This document shows, in pieces, positions 1-7,068 of a stretch of DNA of 31,356 bases. Position numbers and translations under genes: made by a program. Each line of letters opens with the position of its first letter. The stretch's first letter is position 1. Location of the stretch: NCBI GenBank assembly GCA_017383785.1, contig JAFNVD010000117.1, positions 1 to 31,356 on the forward strand, given 5' to 3'. Below the pieces are notes generated by a model, which saw only the letters and a list, made by a program, of their open reading frames with translations, was not told where the DNA came from and searched no databases. Origin of the DNA: Peptococcaceae bacterium (lineage in GTDB: Bacteria > Bacillota > Peptococcia > Peptococcales > Peptococcaceae).

Positions 1-644
1 GCACCATATTGCATGGTTTTAGGATTGACAAATGTTAGGGTGCCTACACCGCCGGCATTGTCACGGATGAACAGACCAATTCTGTAGGAATCGGTTTCAT
101 CGCAGTATACAGGTGTAATAGTCTTATGCAATGTGTGATTTCCTCGCCGAATTTCTAGTGAAATATCATCACCTTGTGCGCCTAGTTCGTTGATCAACAT
201 GGCCAATTCATCATCGTGTATGACTTGTGTATTGTTTACACTAAGGATGATATCACCTGCTTGAATCCCGGCAGATTGAGCAGGATGCAGTTCTTTTGTT
301 TCGTTTTTCACCGGGGAATATCCTACGACTAGAATACCATCAGTACGCAAGAGAATCCCTACCGGCTGCCCGCCGGGATATAGCATAATCGGTTCTTTTT
401 GCTCAGCAGTTGTTTTTTGTGCTGGGAACAATGTAAAAAAGCGCATACTAAGTGTAGTGTCTAGATCGGCCATCCATTGTGCTGATGACGAAAAGGACAA
501 TGCGGTAGTATAATCGTTATCTGGTTGGGAGATTGATTCAGCTGTAAATGACGTGCCGATGATGCACATTGATAAAAATAATACGCAGAGTAGGCAAATA
601 AATGCCTTGTTTCGTCTTAGATTAGACGTAAAACGATGATTCAC
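1..644 (-). CDS. spoIVB: SpoIVB serine peptidase (5' part only; runs off the window edge)
   Basis: Manual minus-strand translation from GTG 644 (RBS GGAGGTG): hydrophobic N-terminus, LYPGGQPVGILLRTDGILVVG, PDZ-like PAQSAGIQAGDIILSVN, and RIGLFIRDNAGGVGTLTFVNP...YGA, all typical of SpoIVB. Not in the ORF track because it is truncated. Confidence 0.93.
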   Translation of the reverse strand, partial: MNHRFTSNLRRNKAFICLLCVLFLSMCIIGTSFTAESISQPDNDYTTALSFSSSAQWMADLDTTLSMRFFTLFPAQKTTAEQKEPIMLYPGGQPVGILLRTDGILVVGYSPVKNETKELHPAQSAGIQAGDIILSVNNTQVIHDDELAMLINELGAQGDDISLEIRRGNHTLHKTITPVYCDETDSYRIGLFIRDNAGGVGTLTFVNPKTMQYG

Positions 645-765
645 GAATTTCACCTCCTGCGATTACTATGTGCCGTGCGATGGTTTGAAAACCGTCAAAG
701 ATTTCACCAAAATGCACAAAAATTAACGATGGCAGATACTTTCGATTGTTCAAACTAGTCAAATT

Positions 766-794
766 TTGCATTGAAAATAGAATCGTGTTATAAT
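766..794 (+). promoter_or_regulatory. sigmaA-type promoter for the DUF4261-like gene
   Basis: TTGCAT (766-771), 17 bp spacer, TG-n-TATAAT (789-794). Confidence 0.7.
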
Positions 795-834
795 ACATAA
801 CATGATATGTACAGAACGAAAGGTGGTCACACTT

Positions 835-1659
835 ATGCAGATGGCATATGATCCGGATTTGATATTGACAGAGGAATATACAGAAGCGGAAGTACAGAAT
901 TATACCGGGAGTTTTTGCGGATTTGTATTGTTAAATGGCAGTTATGATTTGCATGCATTAGCGCAGAGATTACAACAGAATTACGGCATAGCAATACAGA
1001 GTAATCATGCTGAGGAGATGCTTGATGATCCAAATGGTATCGTACATGATTTGATGTTGAATGTGCCTGGCGCTATGATAACAATTAGTTTTTTGAACGA
1101 GCCGATTCCGGATGGCGAAGTAGAGTTCGCAGCAATGCATGCAGAATGGGAAGGGGCTAAATTAGCAGCGTCAAAGCATAGAGCCCATTTGATGATTGCA
1201 GTGTTGCCTGATACCATGCCGGCACATGAGGCAGGGTTATTGTATTGTCGCATTTTATCAGTAGCCTTAGAAGATGCGGCCGTATTGGCGGTATATACAT
1301 CCGGAACGGTTTTAGAACCGATACAGTTTTGTTACAATACGGAAAAATCGGGTAATGTATTACCATTAAACAATCTGATTTTTGTTGGTACTTATGAGCG
1401 AGATGGTGGCATGTGTGGTTATACGATAGGTTTAGATGCTTTCGGTAAAGATGAACTGGAGATTTTAGATTGTAAAGAATCGCCTGAGCTGATTCACCGT
1501 GTCCTTTATATGTGTGCAGATAAAATGATACATGAAAATAAAAGCGCCGCATGGTATATTACTGTGGATGTGGATGGTACACAATGGGAAGGTCGTCGCA
1601 AAGATGGTGTCATGGTAGAAGGGCACAGTTTGCATTTGCAGCCAATTAAAACAAAATAG
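835..1659 (+). CDS. DUF4261-like domain protein, function unknown
   Basis: Start moved to ATG 835 (RBS AAGGTGG). Segments PIPDGEVE..A..W..A....HRAHLMIAV and GYTIGLDAFGKDELEI resemble DUF4261 proteins from memory; not searched. Confidence 0.62.
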   Translation: MQMAYDPDLILTEEYTEAEVQNYTGSFCGFVLLNGSYDLHALAQRLQQNYGIAIQSNHAEEMLDDPNGIVHDLMLNVPGAMITISFLNEPIPDGEVEFAAMHAEWEGAKLAASKHRAHLMIAVLPDTMPAHEAGLLYCRILSVALEDAAVLAVYTSGTVLEPIQFCYNTEKSGNVLPLNNLIFVGTYERDGGMCGYTIGLDAFGKDELEILDCKESPELIHRVLYMCADKMIHENKSAAWYITVDVDGTQWEGRRKDGVMVEGHSLHLQPIKTK

Positions 1660-1674
1660 CAAACATAACAAAAG

Positions 1675-1699
1675 CAGCTCCTGTCAATGACAGGAGCTG
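1675..1699. terminator. Bidirectional intrinsic terminator between convergent genes
   Basis: Perfect inverted repeat CAGCTCCTGTCA-A-TGACAGGAGCTG, A-rich on the left, between stops at 1659 (+) and 1713 (-). Confidence 0.72.
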
Positions 1700-1712
1700 T
1701 TGTGATTCGATA

Positions 1713-2318
1713 TTATTCTTTTTTCAAATTTGGTACTACGATTTCTTCGGATTCTTCTTCAGGCATATAGTTTTTACCAATCGCAATGCAGATAATGGTT
1801 TTGTAGCCGGCTGCTTTTAAGATATCGTGACCAGCTTTCAGAGAAGCGCCGTTGGTAGTAACATCGTCAAACAGAATAGCGATGGATTCATCGGTGATTT
1901 CACAGCAACGAGATTTTTCGATAGATGCCATGTGGCCGGACAGCTTATCGTCTACAGCGCCTACAGTTTTGGTACGAACCAAACATTTTGCAGCGTCAAA
2001 GAAAGACTGGTTTGCACGGCACAAGTCTTCAACCAATGGATACAGACCGGAACGATAGTTATCGATGGTACAGGATGGGAATGCATACAGATGTACGTCC
2101 TCACCTTCCAGCTCTTTGGTCAGTTTTTCCCAGTATGGGTCGTTGTACAGATAACCACGCACATAGTCTAATGCGTCGTCTAAATTTTGTCTAAAGTCTA
2201 ACAGACGATTGCAGTGATTGTTGTAAAATTCCTGTTTGTACATATCTACTGGATAGTAGTCACGCAGGTATAACAGTTCGAAGTTTCCGTCCGGATAATA
2301 GTAGCGATGCAGTTTCAT
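1713..2318 (-). CDS. Type I phosphoribosyltransferase-fold protein (ComF/DprA-associated-like), substrate unknown
   Basis: Start at ATG 2318 (RBS GGAGG). PRPP-binding loop ILFDDVTTNGASLKAG followed by ILKAAG..IICIAIGK. Confidence 0.75.
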   Translation of the reverse strand: MKLHRYYYPDGNFELLYLRDYYPVDMYKQEFYNNHCNRLLDFRQNLDDALDYVRGYLYNDPYWEKLTKELEGEDVHLYAFPSCTIDNYRSGLYPLVEDLCRANQSFFDAAKCLVRTKTVGAVDDKLSGHMASIEKSRCCEITDESIAILFDDVTTNGASLKAGHDILKAAGYKTIICIAIGKNYMPEEESEEIVVPNLKKE

Positions 2319-2584
2319 AATAACGCCCTCCATATATAAGTGAATATTGTGAAGTATAAAAGCAGTTCTGATATAGGTAAAATAATTATATAAGAACTTT
2401 ATTCTTACTTTGAATATATTATATAAGAAAAACTTTGAGATTTCAATAAGAAAATTCGAAATGTTGATGTATTTTTCGAAATTTTTTTAAAAAAATCATT
2501 TCCTTTCTGTATTTTTTTGCGGTTTCCTGTTATCATAGATAACAGAATAAATGGAAAATCTATTATGTAGGTGAGAGCAGAGAT

Positions 2585-3925
2585 ATGAATATCAATATCC
2601 CATGGCAATGCGAAAAAATATTGAAAAGATTTAATGAACATGATATAGAGGCCTATTTGGTAGGTGGCTGTGTACGTGACAGTCTGCTCGGTAAAGAACC
2701 AAAAGATTGGGATATCTGCACAGCAGCATTACCAGAACAAGTTATTACATTGTTTGAAGATGAAAAAGTAATTTTAACCGGTTTAAAACATGGTACAGTT
2801 ACAGTACTCATTGGTGGGATGCCAATTGAAATTACTACCTATCGTATAGACGGTGAATACGAGGATAACCGTCGTCCAAAAGAAGTGTTTTTTACCGATA
2901 GTTTGCGTGAAGATTTGAGTCGTCGTGATTTTACCATCAATGCATTAGCCTATCATCCGGATAAAGGCGTGATTGATTATTTTGATGGTATTGGTGATTT
3001 AGAGCGTGGGTTGATTCGTTGTGTAGGCGATGCGGCCAGTCGGTATCAAGAGGATGGGCTGCGTATTATGCGTGCAGTACGTTTTGCATGTGTACTTAAT
3101 TTTCAGTTTGAAGCAGAAACCGAGCAGGCCATAAAAGAATATAGTTTTCTTTTAGGCAATATTGCAAAAGAACGGATTCAGGTAGAGTTTGATAAAATTC
3201 TTACCAGCTCTTGGGCTGCCTATGGATTGGACACTTTGGCGCGGCTCAACTGTTTTCCATATTTCCTTCCGGAAATTTGTCATACTTGGCAGTTTAATCA
3301 GGAGGGCGGGCTGCATCAGTATGATGTATTTGGTCATACTTTGAAAATGGTAAGTCTAGTGCCGGCCGATGTAGTACTACGTTTGACTGCACTTTTGCAT
3401 GACATCGGGAAACCGTATGTGTGGCAGAATATTGATGGTAAGGATGAGTTCCCGCAACATGAAGTTGTAAGTACTGAATTAGCAGAGCATATTTTGGAGC
3501 GTATGCGCTATGACAACAAAACCATTGCACAGGTAAAACGCTTGATTGCAGAGCATACCAGAGGGTTATTGCCAAAACCATATCTTATGCGTCGTGCAGT
3601 AGCGGATTTAGGTGTTGAAGGGGTAAAACAGCTGATTGCCATAAAACGAGCTGATATTCAAGCACATAATGAAATATTGGAAAAAGACCCGCTTACTATT
3701 TTTGATGATATGGAACGAGAATTGGATCGCATTTTAGCACAGAGAGAATGCTGTTCTTTAAAACAACTGGCTGTTACAGGAAAAGAAGTGATTGCTCTTG
3801 GTGCTAAGGGGCGCAGTGTAGGCGATATATTGGATGCTTTATTAGAACTTGTATTAAAATATCCGGAACAAAATGAGAAAACATATTTGCTAGCGCAAGC
3901 AGAAAAGATGGTGAACGAAGCATGA
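2585..3925 (+). CDS. cca: Class II tRNA nucleotidyltransferase (CCA-adding enzyme) with HD domain
   Basis: GGCVRD, DWD, TYRIDG, EDLSRRDFTINALA, EDGLRIMRAVRF, ERIQVEFDKIL; HD domain HQYDVFGHT...LLHDIGKP. CCA-adding versus CC- or A-adding specificity cannot be settled by eye. Confidence 0.9.
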   Translation: MNINIPWQCEKILKRFNEHDIEAYLVGGCVRDSLLGKEPKDWDICTAALPEQVITLFEDEKVILTGLKHGTVTVLIGGMPIEITTYRIDGEYEDNRRPKEVFFTDSLREDLSRRDFTINALAYHPDKGVIDYFDGIGDLERGLIRCVGDAASRYQEDGLRIMRAVRFACVLNFQFEAETEQAIKEYSFLLGNIAKERIQVEFDKILTSSWAAYGLDTLARLNCFPYFLPEICHTWQFNQEGGLHQYDVFGHTLKMVSLVPADVVLRLTALLHDIGKPYVWQNIDGKDEFPQHEVVSTELAEHILERMRYDNKTIAQVKRLIAEHTRGLLPKPYLMRRAVADLGVEGVKQLIAIKRADIQAHNEILEKDPLTIFDDMERELDRILAQRECCSLKQLAVTGKEVIALGAKGRSVGDILDALLELVLKYPEQNEKTYLLAQAEKMVNEA

Positions 3926-4695
3926 GTATAATGTATGAAACAATTCATTCTGATCAAAATCAGTGGTTGAAACGCTGCAAAGCATTACAACAAAAAAAAT
4001 ATCGGCAGCAGTATGGGCAGTTCGTGGCAGAGGGCTTACGGTTTGTGCAGGAAGCTATCGAGAACAATGCCTCTGAAGTAATCTTGATTGATGAGGCACA
4101 TATGGCATTGGCGCAACAATTGCCGACTACAAATATTCCTATTTATATAGTGAAAGCGGGTCTGTTGGAAAAAGCATTAAATACTGTTAATCCGCAAGGG
4201 ATTGCAGCTATTGCACGTCAATCTAAGTGGGACTGGCAGAGTGTATCGGATATGGACCAAATCGTAGTTATCGATGGCGTACAAGATCCGGGCAATCTGG
4301 GTACCATTATGCGCACAGCGTTGGCAAGCGGTACACAAGCTATGCTTTGTTTAAAAGGCACTGTAGATTTGTATAATGATAAAACATTGAGATCTACTAT
4401 GGGGGCAGTATTTCGCCTTCCTGTATTTCACATAGATGATGTAGATGCTATGGTAGATGATTTGCATGGCTGGGGATTTGAAACTTTGGTAGCGGATATC
4501 CGTGCAGAACAGTATTATCATCAGATGGAGTTCCCGAAAAAAGCTGCATTGGTGGTAAGTAATGAGGCTAATGGTCCACAGCTTATCAAGCAAGGTGATA
4601 AAATGGTGAAAATTCCATTGTATCAAGAGGCGGAATCCTTAAATGTGGCTATCGCTGCCGGCATATTATTGTATGCTATTAAGACATCTAGGTGA
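3922..4695 (+). CDS. TrmH/SpoU-family RNA 2'-O-methyltransferase
   Basis: FVAEG, DGVQDPGNLGTIMRTA, SNEANG, ESLNVAIAAGILLY SPOUT motifs; ATGA overlap with the cca stop suggests translational coupling. Confidence 0.9.
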   Translation: MSIMYETIHSDQNQWLKRCKALQQKKYRQQYGQFVAEGLRFVQEAIENNASEVILIDEAHMALAQQLPTTNIPIYIVKAGLLEKALNTVNPQGIAAIARQSKWDWQSVSDMDQIVVIDGVQDPGNLGTIMRTALASGTQAMLCLKGTVDLYNDKTLRSTMGAVFRLPVFHIDDVDAMVDDLHGWGFETLVADIRAEQYYHQMEFPKKAALVVSNEANGPQLIKQGDKMVKIPLYQEAESLNVAIAAGILLYAIKTSR

Positions 4696-4747
4696 GTATA
4701 GGGGGATATGTTTGCTATCTTGAAAATATAATGGCAGGTGAATCCTT

Positions 4748-4987
4748 ATGACAGAATCGTTTCGTCCGAAATGGGAAGAATTATATTGGTATATTGGTCA
4801 AGACGATAATGACAAATGGACTTTTATGCAAAAATCCTGTGTCAATGATTGGATTGATAAATATCATATCAGCATGGGGAATTGTTATCCAAACAAAGAA
4901 GAGGCCGTATTTGATATGTATGATATGCTAGAGAAAATCACCGGTGAAGATGGTTATACAGTGTGGCTACGGGATGGGAAAATGTAA
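4748..4987 (+). CDS. Small hypothetical protein (79 aa, aromatic-rich)
   Basis: RBS GCAGGTG upstream, open frame, downstream terminator hairpin. Confidence 0.6.
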   Translation: MTESFRPKWEELYWYIGQDDNDKWTFMQKSCVNDWIDKYHISMGNCYPNKEEAVFDMYDMLEKITGEDGYTVWLRDGKM

Positions 4988-5023
4988 CTAATTAACACAG
5001 CGTAAATATAGAAGCATAAAACA

Positions 5024-5062
5024 AAAGAACCTGATTTGTATCTTTACAAAATCAGGTTCTTT
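5024..5062. terminator. Bidirectional intrinsic terminator
   Basis: AAAGAACCTGATTTGTA-TCTT-TACAAAATCAGGTTCTTT (one bulge) between convergent ORFs 4748-4987 and 5140-5499. Confidence 0.75.
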
Positions 5063-5139
5063 CTATTCTGTTGTAACTTGCATTTGGACAATATGCAATT
5101 GTAATAAATTCGAATATTTATACAGCTTTTGAGCAACTT

Positions 5140-5499
5140 TTACTCGATGCACATGTTGTTTACAAACATAGTGCTTACAGTAGTTTTGTGGTGTTGCAGT
5201 GTACTGATACGAGCTTCTAATGCATAGCCTTCGTCAGATGCTGCTTTGCGGTATTTTGCTTCTGCGATTTCAATTTCACGGTTCAGCGCTACAAGTTCCA
5301 GAATCAGCTGCTGTTTTGCTTCTTCTTCCGGCATTTCAGTACATTTTAACAGCTGTGCGGATTTAGTATCGCCTTTCAGTAATGCTTCTGCAATTTCAGC
5401 TTCGGATAATTCTACCGGTTGTGCTACTTTTGCAGATGGTGCCAGCAGCTCTTCTGTGGACGCTGCCAATGCTAATGCTTGAACATCTTGAAGATTCAT
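5140..5499 (-). CDS. Hypothetical helical/coiled-coil protein (119 aa)
   Basis: RBS AAGGGG, upstream TG-T-TATAAT on the minus strand, Ala/Glu/Leu-rich heptad-like sequence, host-like codons. Confidence 0.65.
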   Translation of the reverse strand: MNLQDVQALALAASTEELLAPSAKVAQPVELSEAEIAEALLKGDTKSAQLLKCTEMPEEEAKQQLILELVALNREIEIAEAKYRKAASDEGYALEARISTLQHHKTTVSTMFVNNMCIE

Positions 5500-5729
5500 A
5501 CGAAAAACCCCTTATCATAATTTTTATTCGACTCATGTTAGAGATGAGTTCATTATAACACATTTATAATAAAAATACAGTGCTATTTTATAAAAAATAT
5601 AAATTTTTTTTTGAATTTTATGATTGAATCAAATCGGAAAGTGGTTTGGAATAGTTTGGTTGATGGTATATTATGATTAAGAAAAGAAATTATACCGCAA
5701 GAAACTATCAATTCCCATAGCAATTTTGC

Positions 5730-5758
5730 TTGTATGTGCAGGGGATTGCTGATACAAT
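5730..5758 (+). promoter_or_regulatory. sigmaA-type promoter for the nitroreductase gene
   Basis: TTGTAT (5730-5735), 17 bp, TG-a-TACAAT (5753-5758). Confidence 0.6.
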
Positions 5759-5795
5759 ACAGTAGAAAGATAACTTGCAGAAAGGGGTAACAAAA

Positions 5796-6344
5796 ATGAA
5801 AAAAAGAGAATTAGAATATGAGTTGATGAAAGAAATCGAAGAACGTTATTCTACGATGCACTTTGGTGAAGGAGACGTAGCGGAAGAAGATTTGCGTGCT
5901 ATGTTACTGGCAGCAACACAGGCTCCATCGGCCTATAATGAACAGCCTTGGCGCTTTTATGTAGCAAAAACACAGCAGGATAAAGAGATGTTGATGGAAT
6001 ATATGTTGCCGGGGGAAAAAGAATGGATGATGCAGGCGCCGGTTTGGATTTTGTTGGCCGGTGATGTAGGTGATACCCACAATGGTTTATTTAATTACTG
6101 GGCATCTTTTGATGCAGGATGTGCATGGGGATTCTTAGCATTGGAAGCACAGCGTCGCGGCTATGTGACACATTGCATTGGTTCTTTAGACCGTGTGGAT
6201 TTACGTAATGAGTTTCAAAAAAATGAAAATATCGAGATTTATGGTCTTGTCGCTGTTGGTCGTCCGGCCGCACCGGAAGTGACTACAAAAGAAAAAGTAC
6301 CGTCAAGAAAATCTGTGAATGCTGTACAGTTGCGTCGAAAATAA
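5796..6344 (+). CDS. Nitroreductase-family flavoprotein
   Basis: Start at ATG 5796 (RBS AAGGGG). RYSTMHF, AATQAPSAYNEQPWRF, FDAGCAWGFLALEAQRRGYVTHCIG. Confidence 0.85.
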   Translation: MKKRELEYELMKEIEERYSTMHFGEGDVAEEDLRAMLLAATQAPSAYNEQPWRFYVAKTQQDKEMLMEYMLPGEKEWMMQAPVWILLAGDVGDTHNGLFNYWASFDAGCAWGFLALEAQRRGYVTHCIGSLDRVDLRNEFQKNENIEIYGLVAVGRPAAPEVTTKEKVPSRKSVNAVQLRRK

Positions 6345-6391
6345 TAAGTATTTCTTATTGAACGGATTTTTGCAAGGATAGTTAACTATGT

Positions 6392-6419
6392 TTGCATTTT
6401 TGTTCACAAATAGTACAAT
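6392..6419 (+). promoter_or_regulatory. Possible sigmaA promoter for the ArsR-family gene
   Basis: TTGCAT (6392-6397), 16 bp, TACAAT (6414-6419); spacing is suboptimal. Confidence 0.4.
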
Positions 6420-6451
6420 GAGCTGTTCAGTAGCAAATGGAGGGAATTGCC

Positions 6452-6799
6452 ATGGAGGAACAGTGGCAGTGCGAAGAATTTTGTGTGCATGATAAAGTCT
6501 TAGCTGAAATTGAACCAAAACGTATTTCAGAGGCACAAAGCCAGCAGACAGCAGAATTATTTAAGGCTTTGGGCGATGCAACAAGAATGAAAATTTTGTA
6601 TTATCTCTTGCAGAAAGAGCTTTGTGTATGTGATTTAACTGTGCTGGTAGGCGCCAGCCAATCAGCGGTTTCGCATCAGCTTCGTATTTTGCGTAATTTA
6701 CACATCGTGTATGGAAAAAAAGAGGGTAAGCAAGTCATTTATAGCATTTGCAACGATCATGTGCGTCGTCTTTTAGAAGAAGCATTGGCATTTTCGTAA
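6452..6799 (+). CDS. ArsR/SmtB-family metal-sensing repressor (CadC-like alpha3N site)
   Basis: Start at ATG 6452 (RBS GGAGGG). CEEFCVH, LFKALGDATRMKIL, ELCVCDL, SQSAVSHQLRILR, GKQVIYS. Confidence 0.9.
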   Translation: MEEQWQCEEFCVHDKVLAEIEPKRISEAQSQQTAELFKALGDATRMKILYYLLQKELCVCDLTVLVGASQSAVSHQLRILRNLHIVYGKKEGKQVIYSICNDHVRRLLEEALAFS

Positions 6800-6874
6800 T
6801 CTTCCTGCAATAAAATTCCTGTAAAAAATCGAAAGAAAAATATAAAAAGTTCGAATTTTCACATAGAAAAAGGA

Positions 6875-6904
6875 TTGCGGAAACCATAGGAAATAGTATA
6901 AAAT
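6875..6904 (+). promoter_or_regulatory. Possible sigmaA promoter of the hydrogenase operon
   Basis: TTGCGG (6875-6880) with TATAAA (6897-6902, 16 bp) or TAAAAT (6899-6904, 18 bp). Confidence 0.4.
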
Positions 6905-7068
6905 GATACTAGGCAGAATACTGCCTAAGTTATCCATAAATTATGAGGGCATCTGTTTTAACAGTACAGATACAGTATTCTGGGAACTGCGGATGTATTG
7001 AAAAAACAGCTGACTCATTCAATTTTTAGTAACACTTTTTCATTACTTTTATTTTTGAGGTGAATAAA

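Noticed and set aside
664-693. sigmaF/sigmaG-like promoter for spoIVB (GGTTT-N15-GCACATAGTA, minus strand)
   Set aside because: The -10 is plausible but the -35 is poor; biologically expected, but not supportable from sequence alone.
2334-2584. Very AT-rich divergent intergenic region with repeated TTCGAA and 78-aa ORF 2405-2641
   Set aside because: Low complexity; no LexA (GAAC-N4-GTTC) or Spo0A box match; the ORF has no RBS and overlaps cca antisense.
5500-5551. preQ1-I-like shape (short stem plus A-rich tail) in the leader of ORF 5140-5499
   Set aside because: The loop lacks the preQ1 consensus, the predicted TSS falls inside the stem, and the gene is not queuosine-related.
5838-5865. 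Nitroreductase RYSTMHF lacks the second basic FMN-phosphate residue
   Set aside because: This position varies across the family; not enough to infer altered function.
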